Source: Nemertoderma westbladi (taxonomy: Eukaryota; Animalia; Xenacoelomorpha). From it: a stretch of DNA of 35,262 nt. The notes beneath the pieces were generated by a model that was not told where the DNA came from, made no database searches, and worked only from the letters and a program-made list of their open reading frames with translations. The position numbers were made by a program, and so were the translations under genes. Position 1 is the first letter of the stretch. Each line of letters begins with the position of its first letter. Location: positions 1 to 35,262 of the forward strand of contig JAUCBJ010004249.1 of assembly GCA_032718475.1 (NCBI GenBank), read 5' to 3'. This document shows positions 1 through 12,057 of the stretch, piece after piece.

Positions 1-2272
1 CTGCCTGTGACCGCGTGTCATTCAGGAACCAGCCTATGACCCCGTGTCATACAGGCTCCACCCAGCCTATGACCCCGTGTCATACAGGCTCCAGCCTATG
101 ACCCCGTGCCATACAGGCTCCTTCCTGCCTATGACCCCGTAACATACAGGCTCCAGCCTATGACCCCGTGTCATACAGGCTCCAGCCTATGACCCCGTGC
201 CATACAGGCTCCAGCCTATGACCCCGTGTCATACAGGCTCCAACCTATGACCCCGTGTCATACAGGCTCCAGCCTATGACCCCGTGCCATACAGGCCCCA
301 GCCTATGACCCCGTAACATACAGGCTCCAGCCTATGACCCCGTGTCATACAGGCTCCAACCTATGACCCCGTGTCATACAGGCTCCAGCCTATGACCCCG
401 TGTCATACAGGCTCCAGTCTATGACCCGTATCATACAGACTCCAGCCTATGACCCCGTGTCATACAGGCTCCAGTCTATGACCCGTATCATACAGGCTTC
501 AGTCTATGACCCCGTGTCTTACAGGCTCCAGCCTATGACCCGTATCATACAGGCTCCAGTCTATGACCCCGTGCCATACAGGCCCCAGCCTATGACCCCG
601 TGACATACAGGCTCCAGCCTATGACCCCGTGTCATACAGGCTCCAGCCTATGACCCCGTGTCATACAGGCTCCAGTCTATAACCCCGTGTCTTACAGGCT
701 CCAGCCTATGACCCCGTGTCATACAGGCTCCAGCCTATGACCCCGTGTCATACAGGCTCCAACCTATGACCCCGTGTCATACAGGCTCCAGCCTATGACC
801 CCGTGCCATACAGGCTCCAGCCTATGACCCCGTGTCATACAGGCTCCAGCCTATGACCCCGTGTCATACAGGCTCCAACCTATGACCCCGTGTCATACAG
901 GCTCCAGTCTATGACCCGTATCATACAGGCTCCAGCCTATGACCCCGTGCCATACAGGCTCCAGCCTATGACCCCGTGTCATACAGGCTCCAACCTATGA
1001 CCCCGTGTCATACAGGCTCCAGCCTATGACCCCGTGCCATACAGGCCCCAGCCTATGACCCCGTGTCATACAGGCTCCAGCCTATGACCCCGTGTCATAC
1101 AGGCTCCAGCCTATGACCCCGTGTCATACAGGCTCCAGCCTATGACCCCGTGTCATACAGGCTCCAGTCTATGACCCCGTGTCATACAGGCTCCAGCCTA
1201 TGACCCCGTGTCATACAGGCTCCAGTCTATGTCCCCGTGTCATACAGGCTTCAGTCTATGACCCCGTGTCTTACAGGCTCCAGCCTATGACCCCGTATCA
1301 TACAGGCTCCAGTCTATGACCCCGTGTCTTACAGGCTCCAGTCTATGACCCCGTATCATACAGGCTCCAGTCTATGACCCCGTGTCTTACAGGCTCCAGC
1401 ATATGACCTCGTGTCATACAGGCTCCAGTCTATAACCCCGTGTCTTACAGGCTCCAGTCTATGACACCGTATCATACAGGCTCCAGCCTATGACCCCGTG
1501 TCATACAGGCTCCAGCCTATGACCCCGTGTCATACAGGCTCCAGCCTATGACCCCGTGTCATACAGGCTCCTGCCTATGACCCTGTGTCATACAGGCTCC
1601 GGCCTATGACCCCGTGTCATACAGGCTCCAGCCTATGACCCCGTGTCTTACAGGCTCCAGCCTATGACCCCGTGTCATACAGGCTCCAGCCTATGACCCC
1701 GTGTCATACAGGCTCCAGCCTATGACCCCGTGTCTTACAGGCTCCAGCCTATGACCCCGTGTCATACAGGCTCCAGTCTATGACCCGTATCATACAGGCT
1801 CCAGCCTATGACCCCATACAGGCTCCAGCCTATGACCCCGTGTCATACAGGCTCCAACCTATGACCCCGTGTCATACAGGCTCCAGCCTATGACCCCGTG
1901 TCATACAGGCTCCAGTCTATGACCCGTATCATACAGGCTCCAGCTATGACCCCGTATCATACAGGCTCCAGCCTATGACCCCGTGTCATACAGGCTCCAG
2001 TCTATGACCCCGTGTCTTACAGGCTCCAGTCTATGACCCGTATCATACAGGCTCCAGCCTATGACCCCGTGTCATACAGGCTCCAGCCTATGACCCCGTG
2101 TCATACAGGCTCCAGCCTATGACCCCGTGTCATACAGGCTCCAGCCTATGACCCGGTGTCATACAGACTCCAGCCTATGACCCGGTGTCATACAGGCTCC
2201 AGCCTATGACCCGGTGTCATACAGACTCCAGCCTATGACCCGGTGTCATACAGGCTCCAGTCTATAACCCCG
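1..2272. repeat. 29-bp tandem array (CAGCCTATGACCCCGTGTCATACAGGCTC), about 78 copies in the window, open at the left edge
   Basis: Direct periodicity. Each unit is an imperfect hairpin (AGCCT-ATGAC...GTCAT-AC-AGGCT). The unit equals the left terminus of the adjacent MITE. Confidence 0.97.
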
Positions 2273-3631
2273 TAGGAATTTTATATATGAATGAGCTGCC
2301 CTACATAGATGTTTTGTCCAGCTTTGGAACATTTAAAAACATTTGGGTAGACTTCACCAAATGGTTGCACTGGTTTTTTATGGGGTCTTAAACATAGCAA
2401 CGGAGAAAATTGCCATAGCAACAGCTCTTATAGTAGATATGACGAGTTTAAATTTATGAAAGATTTACTATTTTGGATATTCAAAGTTAGCACTATTGAC
2501 AATGTCCTTAGCAACGGGCTTTAAACGGGCGTAATGCATTTACAGTGGTCGTAGCGTCATCGGATCAGAGTCTACCACCAATATATCAAGTCTAAGAAAC
2601 AATATGCACTACTTGCTTGCTTGCAGTTTCCATAGCAAAGGGTATCTTTGGCTACAAACGGGCTATATAGTAGTAGCCGAAGCGTCATTAAATCAACCTC
2701 CACCCCCACTATATCGAGTATAAGGAAAAATATGCAATATGTTTCAGTTTCTAAATGTCATGGCAACTTGGCAGAATTGTTAACAAAGTGCTGTTCATAT
2801 CACTTAACTGTTTTAACTACATAAAAGAGCGCATTTTGAAAGATAAGTGAGGTTTATATGATACGTATATATTTAGAGATATTACATTTGTCATCACCTT
2901 ATGCCCTATAACATTCTTAAATAAATGAAATTACATTGTGTTAAGAATCGCAATTACGACAGTAATCAGTGCACATAACACCGTTAGGCCTACAAGAACA
3001 AGAAAAGTGCGCATGCCAGCCGCTAGGGGGCTACATGTCTAAACATTAAATGTCAACAAAAATTCTTTGCTTTTATTCCGTTAAAGGTAAAACTTGGCAG
3101 ATATGTATTAGACCATCAGTTGTATATTTCAAGGGAGGCTACTCCGTCTGCAGTTCTCAAGTCTACCGCTAGAGGGCGAAATGTCTAATTGTGAAATCCT
3201 TCTCTCAATTAGTTTTTTAATAAGCACTTAAATTTGAAACTTGGGAGATGTGTACTATAAAACAGCATGTGTCTTTGTGGGGTCGGTAATCGATCTGCAG
3301 TGCTCCAATCTGCCGCTAGAGTGCGATATATCTAAAAATGATAAGCTTTCTCAAGTCGTTGATCTTAATCCGTTTAAGCAAAATTTTGGCTTGGAATATA
3401 TGTACTTGACCACATGCTGCGACTTTGTAAGGTTGTTCGGCTTGCAGTTCTTCAGTCTACCGCTAGAGGAAGCATGTGCCATATATAACATGTCAACCAC
3501 TCTTATATGTCAAAAAAGTATTGTTGAAAGAACTTTATAAATACGAATGCGCTCTTTTATATATACTAAACATCTATGTAGGGTAGCTCAGTCATATATA
3601 TAATTCCTACGGAGTCATAGGCTGGAGCCAG
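2251..3631. mobile_element. Non-autonomous TIR element (Tc1/mariner-like MITE, TA target)
   Basis: Left end TA|CAGGCTCCAGTCTATAACCCCGTAGGAATT...CCCTACATAGATGTTT is inverted at 3568-3631 (AAACATCTATGTAGGG...AATTCCTACGGAGTCATAGGCTGGAGCCAG|TA). Interior has four ~146-bp subrepeats with CCGCTAGRGGG-like motifs. Confidence 0.75.
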
Positions 3632-4503
3632 TACTACCTTGTTAGTGGATGGCCTCAAGCATTAGAGTATACAGCATAGCAGTAGCGTATAATTAACAAA
3701 TGCACTAACAAGAACAACAGGAAATACATTATAATATTCAGTCAATTATTGGAGTTTTATGGTTATTTGGATTCTCGCCATGTGTTCATGAAATATCTGA
3801 AAACCATATATCAAACAGTTATAAATCATTCCATTATCAGTTGTACACGTACAGTAGTATTATTACAATACACAATACACAGTTGTAGTATCACTGCTAT
3901 AAATTATGTTGGATATTAGTCATTTTGAATGCGGAAATTCACAGGATATTTTTTCGTGATTTTTTATATTATTATTTGTTGTTATTTTTTATGTTGGAAA
4001 ACATTGATTTCAACCTCAATTGAACAATTTATATAAATTGGAAATTATTTAGATTAGAACTAAACAAGGCGTTCTAGTTCTAGAACGCCTTGGAACTAAA
4101 TGATCGGTGCTCCTTTGCATATATTTAGTAATAAAGCACATCAAAAATGCGTGAATACCATTGGCTACATTTAAACCTAACTATAGGCCATAAACAATTA
4201 CCGCTCTGGAATTTGGCACTGTTTCTTGAATATATTTCGCCATTGATTACTCTATAGTTCCTATTTGTGCCAACATTTTATTCCCTTTACCAAATATTCC
4301 TTGCAGCCAAATAAAAGTAATTCATATATATGAAAGCATTATAATGAATCAATTATAGTAGTACATCAAATAATAAACTTTTGTACATCTAAACATACAT
4401 GTAGCATAATGTAGTAGAAATCTTACAAATGTTATACTTTATAGCTTCATATTTACAATCATATTATTGCTTCGACAATTCATATGACTTGTCTACTTGA
4501 TAG

Positions 4504-4799
4504 AATGGCGTAGAAATGAAGGGATACGAAAAAATCGACAAGAAAGACGAAGTGTTGGAGCGGAGTTTGGTGCAAAAACTAGCCCTCTTCCCGAAGCAAG
4601 TTCTGTTCATATTGGGGAACGAGTTCTGTGAACGATTCTCCTACTATGGGATGAAAGCGGTGCTCACGCTCTACTTTACACAAGTGCTGCTTTTTACACC
4701 GGATTACGCTACCGCTGTCTACCACGCATTCGCAATGGCATGCTACTTCACTCCCATCCTCGGGGCAATGGTGGCCGACGCGTGGCTCGGCAAGTACAA
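4504..4799 (+). CDS. SLC15A1/2: SLC15 oligopeptide transporter, first visible coding exon (ATG at 4516; acceptor AG at 4502-4503, so an upstream exon is possible)
   Basis: NEFCERFSYYGM (POT/PTR ExxERFxYY motif) and GAMVADAWLGKY; donor AA|GTAAGT at 4800, phase 2. Confidence 0.95.
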
Positions 4800-5183
4800 G
4801 TAAGTTAAACAGGATGCAATCCCTTGGTAAATAATACAATACTTTCGTTCGATAGTACGCGCGGTGGGATGTCAAGGTCAACATAAGCAGCACCAGCTGG
4901 ATAAAATCTGAGTCACCAATGTTTTCTTCTGATATATTGGGCGTCACCGGATACAATAAAGGCAGCCCAAATCCTAATTAATCAAATTGAACTCTATACC
5001 CATTGTCCCTTCATGCCAATGGCAACAAATCGGCCACGCTATGTATTAGATTTGAGCCACATGACAAAGTTAGAGTTCCATAAGTGCATTAATTACGGTT
5101 TCTACCGCACTATCAAACACTAACACTTTTTTGTTCGTTGCTTTTCATTCACATTCAACGTGAAATTATTTGTTTTATTCCAG

Positions 5184-5542
5184 GACGATATTCTACATTT
5201 CAATCATCTACGCAGCTGGCAATGTAGTAATGGCAGTGACTTCTATTGATGCGGTGGGGAACAGTCAGGCTTGGGGCCCCGCTATTGGACTGGCGCTAAT
5301 CGCTTTAGGGACAGGCGGAATTAAACCTTGTGTGGCGGCCTTTGGGGGAGATCAGTTCGCCGCTGATCAAGCTGATATTCTCGCCATATTCTTCTCATTG
5401 TTTTACTTCGCAATCAACGCAGGCAGTCTTGTCAGCACTTTTATTACGCCAATTTTTCGAAGTGACGTGGAATGTTTTGGTGCTGACGACTGTTACCCAT
5501 TAGCATTTGGAGTGCCGGCAGTATTAATGGTCGTAGCTTTAG
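5184..5542 (+). CDS. SLC15A1/2: SLC15 exon 2
   Basis: TTCCAG acceptor; GTGGIKPCVAAFGGDQF and FYFAINAGSL (PTR2 signature); donor TTAG|GTAAGT, phase 1. Confidence 0.96.
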
Positions 5543-5610
5543 GTAAGTTATGGTTGTTACTTTAGCTAAGTTATGTTCATTGGTTTCTTAGTTAAGTTAC
5601 GGCGTTGCCT

Positions 5611-7175
5611 TGTGGGGCGAGCCACGAAGTTGGCGGAGCCTTAGCGAATTGACACTGTTAGGGGGTGGGTCAATTTATGCAAATAGTTGTCGTCGTCGTC
5701 GTCGTCGTCGTTGTCGTCGTCGTCGTTGTCGTCGTCGTCGTTGTCGTCGTCGTTACGATTTTGACATGCTAATAACTTTGTCGGATTTAAAGCTGCCAAG
5801 TTGAAAATTTGTAGGTATCAATATGAGCAAAAGTTGAGATTTTTGAGAGACTTTCAGACACCATCAGTGCAATGGTCTCCCGCTAGAGGGCCACATGTCT
5901 AAACATTAAATGGCCACCCATTTCTTTGCTTTTAATCCGTTTAAGCTGAAACTTGGGAAGTATGTACTAGACCATTAGCTGTAAATTTCAAAGGAGGCTA
6001 ATCTGTCTGCAGTTCTCCAGTCTGCCGCTAGAGGGCGAAATGTCCCGAATGTGAAATTATTCTTCCATTTAGTTGTTTATGATCTGATTACGCTGAAACT
6101 TGTCATATATGTACTAGATGACATCCTGAGTCTTTGTGTGGATTGTAATCGGTCCGAAGTTTTCCAGTCTGCCGGTAGAGGGCCACATGTCTAAACATTC
6201 AATGGCCACCCATTTCTTTGCTTTTAATCCGTTTAAGCTGAAACTTGGGAAGTATGTACTAGACCATTAGCTGTAAATTTCAAAGGAGGCTAATCTGTCT
6301 GCAGTTCTCCAGTCTGCCGCTAGAGGGCGAAATGTCCCGAATGTGAAATTATTCTTCCATTTAGTTGTTTATGATCTGATTACGCTGAAACTTGTCATAT
6401 ATGTACTAGATGACATCCTGAGTCTTTGTGTGGATTGTAATCGGTCCGAAGTTTTCCAGTCTGCCGGTAGAGGGCCACATGTCTAAACATTAAATGGCCA
6501 CCCATTTCTTTGCTTTTAATCCGTTTAAGCTGAAACTTGGGAAGTATGTACTAGACCATTAGCTGTAAATTTCAAAGGAGGCTAATCTGTCTGCAGTTCT
6601 CCAGTCTGCCGCTAGAGGGCGAAATGTCCCGAATGTGAAATTATTCTTCCATTTAGTTGTTTATGATCTGATTACGCTGAAACTTGTCATATATGTACTA
6701 GAAGACATCCTAAGTCTTTGTGTGGACAGTAATCGGTCCGGAGTTTTCGAGTCTGCCGCTAGAGGGCGAAATGTAGGAAAGTGATAACCTTCGCGAATTC
6801 CTTGATCTTAATCTATTTAAGCTGAATTTTGGAATATACAGTACCGGTATGTACTAGACCACATGCCTCGTCTTTGTGAGGAAGGTGATCGATCCGTAGT
6901 TCTTTAATATACCGCTAGAGGGCTAAATGTATGAAAGTGAAAACCTTCCAACATTTCGTTATTTATGATCCGTCAATCGGAAACTTGGTAGATATGTAAT
7001 AGACCATAGGCTGTGGCTTTGTAGGGAAACTAATCCTTCCTTCTTCAGTTACCCAGTCTCCCGCTAGAGGGTTAACGTTTTCCGGGAAAATCTTCTCCTA
7101 TGTTTTTATAATCCTTTCGAGTTGATACTTAGCATTAACTCATTTCACGTGCTGCGCGAAGGCCCCACTTCGTGT
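5611..7175 (+). mobile_element. Non-autonomous element with (GTC)n microsatellite and ~146-bp/292-bp core repeats (HINE/DINE-like architecture)
   Basis: Same ends as 27427-27957 (GTGGGGCGAGCCACGAAG ... GCGCGAAGNCCCCACTTCGTGT). An empty-site version of the flank (GGCGTTGCCTTGGGTAAGTAATGG) is visible near 9697-9720. Confidence 0.75.
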
Positions 7176-8105
7176 GTAAGTAATGGTCGTTGCTTTAGTT
7201 AAGTTATGGTTGTTACTTTAGGTAAGTTTTGGTTGTTACTTTATGTAAGTCATGGCAGTTGCTTTAGGTAAGTTATGGTTGTTACTTTATTAAGTTATGG
7301 TTGTTGCTTTAGATAAGTTGTAGACTTTGCTTTAGGTAAGTTGTGGACTTTGCGTTAGGTAAGTTATGGTTGTTGCTTTATCTAAGTTATGGTTGTTACT
7401 TTAGGTAAGTTTTGGTTTTTACTTTAGGTAAGTTATGGTTGTTGCTTTATGTAAGTCATGGCAGTTGCTTTAGGTAAGTTATGGTTGTTACTTTATGTAA
7501 GTTATAGGTTGTTGCTTTAGGTAAGTTGTGGACTTTGCGTTAGGTAAGTTATGGTTGTTGCTTTATGTAAGTTATGGTTGTTGCTTTAGGTAAGTTATGG
7601 TTGTTGCTTTAGGTAAGTTGTGGACTTTGCTTTAGGTAAGTTGTGGACTTTGCGTTAGGTAAGTTATGGTTGTTGCTTTATGTAAGTCATGGCAGTTGCT
7701 TTAGGTAAGTTATGGTTGTTACTTTATTAAGTTATGGTTGTTGCTTTAGATAAGTTGTCGACTTTGCTTTAGGTAAGTTGTGGACTTTGCGTTAGGTAAG
7801 TTATGGTTGTTGCTTTATGTAAGTTATGGTTGTTACTTTAGGTAAGTTTTGGTTGTTACTTTAGGTAAGTTATGGTTGTTGCTTTATGTAAGTCATGGCA
7901 GTTGCTTTAGGTAAGTTATGGTTGTTACTTTATGTAAGTTATGGTTGTTGCTTTAGATAAGTTGTAGACTTTGCTTTAGGTAAGTTGTGGACTTTGCGTT
8001 AGGTAAGTTAGGGTTGTTGCTTTATGTAAGTTATGGTTGTTGCTTTAGGTAAGTTATGGTTGTTGCTTTAGGTAGGTTATGGTTGTTGCTTTAGGTAAGT
8101 TATAG

Positions 8106-8765
8106 TCAGTTATAGTTAAAGTTAGAGTTGAGGGCGCCGCAGGTCTTCGGTGCGACGTGGGGATACGGGGTGCGCTAAACCCACAGACCCAGGCGTTGAT
8201 AGACGTTCGGGTTTTCAACCTTGACACCGGGTCCTATGTGGGTCGCACCCCAATGTCTGTCCTCGAGTCGGCCGAAGACCAAAAGAAGCGGCTGTAAGCG
8301 GAAGCAGTGACGGCACGACGGGGCGACTTATCTTCGTTTGTTGCGTCCTGTGACGGCGTACTCGCTCCGCAGGCGAACCACCTCCTCCGTATCTTGGCTG
8401 ATAGGCTGCACCGTTCCTTGGGGCGACCTATCAGCACCACGATGGGCTGGGTCCGAACTCGCGTCCAGTTCGCGATAATTCGCGGGGCCTCCCATTGTCT
8501 ACGGGGCTCGCGGGTGAAGTGGAAAAGTGGGCAGGGGTTTGAGGACGGTGCTGGGCTGCCAAGCAGTATTTAGAACAGCATTGGAGCCATGGCTGTACTG
8601 GTAGGCCTACTGTAATACTTTTATTAGTGTTTATTTCTATATTATTTTAAATGTTGCTAGGATACACTGTGGAAACAGCTGGTGCGGTGGCGGGTTTGCT
8701 ATAGTTGTTTTGGTTTAATGTGCTATTATGTGTTTTTTATGTTAGTATACTGGGTATCGAAAAAC
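8106..8765 (+). mobile_element. 5'-truncated CRE-like (restriction-like endonuclease) non-LTR retrotransposon fragment with in-frame stop
   Basis: Translation RCDVGIRG...ALIDVRV...SY...EDQKKR*...WVRTRVQFAIIRGASHCLRGSR resembles the CRE-clade RLE C-terminus. GC-rich island. Possible AAGTTATAG TSD at 8097-8105 and 8766-8774. Confidence 0.75.
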
Positions 8766-11372
8766 AAGTTATAGGTTGTTGCTTTAGGTAAGTTGTCGAC
8801 TTTGCGTTAGGTAAGTTATGGTTGTTGCTTTAGGTATGTTATGGTTGTTGCTTTAGGTAAGTTATGGTTGTTGCTATAGGTAAGTTAAGGTCGTTGGTTT
8901 CTTAGTTAAGTTACTGCGTTGCCTTGGGCAAGTAGTAGTCGTTGCTTTATATAAGTTATGGTTATTACTTTAGGTAAGTTAGGGTTGTTGTTTTAGTTAA
9001 GTTACGGCGTTTCTATGGGTAAGTAATGGTCGTTGCTTTAGGTAAGTTATGGTTGTTACTTTAGGTAAGTTATGGTTGTTGCTTTATCTAAGTCATGGCA
9101 GTTGCTTTAGGTAAGTTATGGTTGTTACTTTAGGTAGGTTATGGTAGTTGCTATATGTAAGTCATGGCTGTTGCTTTAGGTAAGTTATGATTGTTGCTTT
9201 AGATAAGTTGTAGATTTTGCTTTAGGTAAGTTGTGGACTTTGTGTTAGGTAAGTTATGCTTGTTGCTTTAGGTAAGTTATGGTTGTTGCTTTAGATAAGT
9301 TATGGTTGTTGCTTTAGGTAAGTTGTGGACTTTGCGTTAGGTATGATGTGGTCTTTGTGTTAGGTAAGATTTGGTTGTTGCTTTAGGTAAGTTATGGTTG
9401 TTGCTTTAGGTAAGTTATGGTTGTTGCTTTACGTAAGTTATGGTTGTTGCTTTGGGTAAGTTGTAGACTTTGCTTTAGGTAAGTTGTGGACTTGCGTTAG
9501 GTAAGTTATGATTGTTGCTTTATGTAAGTTATGGTTGTTGCTTTAGGTAAGTTGTAGACTTTGCTTTAGGTAAGTTGTGGACTTTGCGTTAGGTAAGTTA
9601 TGGTTGTTGCTTTAGGTAAGTTATGGTTGTTGCTTTAGGTAAGTTATGGCTGTTGCTTTAGGTAAGTTATGGACGATGGTTTCTTAGTTAAGTTACGGCG
9701 TTGCCTTGGGTAAGTAATGGTCGTTGCTTTAGGTAAGTTATGGTTGTTACTTTAGGTAAGTTATGGTTGTTGCTTTAGGTAAGTTGTAGACTTTGCGTTA
9801 GGTAAGTTGTGGACTTTGCGTTAGGTAAGTTGTGGTTGTTGCTTTATGTAAGTTATGGTTGTTGCTTTAGGTAAGTTATGGTAGTTGCGATATGTAAGTC
9901 ATGGCTGTTGCTTTAGGTAAGTTTTGGTTTTTGCTTTAGGTAAGTCAGAGCCCATTGCTTTAGGTAAGTTATGGTTGTTGCTTTAGGTAAGTTATGGTTG
10001 TTACTTTAGGTAAGTTATTGTTGTTGCTTTAGGTAAGTTATGGTTGTTGCTTTAGGTAAGTCAGAGCCCATTGCTTTAGGTAAGTTATGGTTGTTGCTTT
10101 AGGTAAGTTATGGTTGTTGCTTTAGGTAAGTTATGGACTATGCGTTAGGTAAGTTGTGGTTGTTGCTTTATGTAAGTTATGGTTGTTGCTTTAGGTAAGT
10201 TATGGTAGTTGCGATATGTAAGTCATGGCTGTTGCTTTAGGTAAGTTTTGGTTTTTGCTTTAGGTAAGTCAGAGCCCATTGCTTTAGGTAAGTTATGGTT
10301 GTTGCTTTAGGTAAGTTATGGTTGTTACTTTAGGTAAGTTATTGTTGTTGCTTTAGGTAAGTCAGAGCCCATTGCTTTAGGTAAGTTATGGTTGTTGCTT
10401 TAGGTTAGTGATGGTCGTTGCTTTAGGTAAGTTATGGTTGTTGCCTTAGTAAGTTACGATCTTACCTTAGGTAAACTATGGTTGTTGCTTTAGGAAAGTT
10501 ATGGTTGTTACTTTAGGTAAGTTATTGTTGTTGCTTTAAGTAAGTTATGGTTGTTGCTTTAGGTAAGTCAGAGCCCATTGCTTTAGGTAAGTTATGGTTG
10601 TTGCTTTAGGTAAGTTATGGTTGTTGCTTTAGGTAAGTTGTGGACTTGCGTTAGGTAAGTTATGATTGTTGCTTTAAGTAAGTTATGGTTGTTGCTTTAG
10701 GTAAGTCAAAGCCCATTGCTTTAGGTAAGTTATGGTTGTTGCTTTAGGTAAGTTATGGTTGTTGCTTTAGGTAAGTTGTGGACTTGCGTTAGGTAAGTTA
10801 TGATTGTTGCTTTAAGTAAGTTATGGTTGTTGCTTTAGGTAAGTCAGAGCCCATTGCTTTAGGTAAGTTATGGTTGTTGCTTTAGGTAAGTTATGGTTGA
10901 TGCTTTAGGTAAGTTGTGGACTTGCGTTAGGTAAGTTATGATTGTTGCTTTATGTAAGTTAGGGTTGTTGCTTTATGTAAGTTATGGTTGTTGCTTTATG
11001 TAAGTTATGGTTGTTGCTTTAGGTAAGTTATGGTTGTTGCTTTAGGTAAGTTATGGACTATGCGCTAGGTTAGTGATGGTCGTTGCTTTAGGTAAGTTAT
11101 GGTTGTTGCCTTAGTAAGTTACGATCTTACCTTAGGTAAACTATGGTTGTTGCTTTAGGTAAGTTATGGTTGTTACTTTAGGTAAGTTATTATTGTTGCT
11201 TTTGGTAAGTTAGGGTTGTTGCTTTAGGTAAGTCAGAGCCAATTGCTTTAGGTAAGTTATGGTTGTTGCTTTAGGTAAGTTATTGTTGTTGCTTTAGGTA
11301 AGTTGTAGACTTCGCTTTAGGTAAGTTGTGGACTTTGCGTTAGGTAAGTTATGGTTGTTGCTTTTTGCGTTT

Positions 11373-11978
11373 TGCGTTTTGGAGAGATAGGAGATATTAA
11401 TTTCAAGAAAAATTACGCGATTCCTAAATTTTTACACCACCCGGTTAAAAAGTACGCATGTGATGGGATTAGTCCTACAATTGCGGCAATACAAGATAAG
11501 TTATTTTCGGTAAAATAAACACCTCATTCGAGGTTAAGACCCCTAGATCCCTTCCTATAATAAATGTATAATAACAAAACACCTCGAAAAATACAGCTTG
11601 CCAACACATTGATACTATCAATAATCAAAAATCAGGGGCTAATAAAATGGCAGCTGGCTTTGAAATTAATACTCCATATCTCAAGAACCTGTGGCCTTGT
11701 GGTTGTAGTCTCGGCTTCCACCTCGAGGTCCCAGGTTCGAATCAGACACCACGCTGATGAGACCCAGTAAGGTCGAAACGCGTACGTCGTTTGGAGAGAT
11801 ATGAGATATTAATTTCAAGAAAAATTACGCGATTCCTAAATTTGTACACTACCCGGTTAAAAAGTACGCATGTGATGGGATTAGTCCTACAATTGCGGCA
11901 ATAAAAGATAAGTTATTTTCGGTAAAATAAACACCTCATTCGAGGTTAAGACCCCTAGATCCCTTCCTATAATAAATG
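11373..11978 (+). mobile_element. Retrozyme-like element, about 1.5 copies of a 412-nt monomer with tRNA-like head and hammerhead
   Basis: Direct repeat 11378-11566 / 11790-11978 (offset 412). A-box-like TGGCCTTGTGG at ~11692, B-box GGTTCGAATC at 11734, hammerhead core at 11754. Confidence 0.8.
11743..11792 (+). ncRNA. Type I hammerhead ribozyme (minimal, palindromic stem III)
   Basis: CAGAC.acc.ACG CTGATGA GACC cagtaa GGTC GAAA CGCG TA^CGT.c.GTTTG; predicted cleavage after GUA at 11784. Confidence 0.85.
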
Positions 11979-12057
11979 CTCTAGATAAGCTATAGTCGTT
12001 GCTTTAGATAAGTTGTGGTCGTTGCTTTAGGTATTTTATGGTCGTTTAAAAGATATT

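Larger units (their letters stand above)
5525..12045 (+). repeat. 23-bp tandem array (TTGCTTTAG|GTAAGTTATGGTTG) derived from the exon 2 donor, roughly 160 copies, interrupted by three insertions
   Basis: The first unit is the real exon end GTAGCTTTAG|GTAAGTTATGGTTG. The array continues at 7176-8105, 8766-11362 and 11980-12045. Confidence 0.95.

Noticed and set aside
400-603. 67-aa ORF in the first satellite
   Set aside because: Chance open frame in a tandem repeat.
2390-2770. Clustered (C/T)TAGCAAC and ATGGCAAC RFX-like half sites (also 28625-28740)
   Set aside because: Short motifs within repeat-derived sequence; no support for regulatory function from sequence alone.
5610-5804. Arg-rich protamine-like ORF (also 27347-27601)
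   Set aside because: Translation of the (GTC)n microsatellite in a repeat element.
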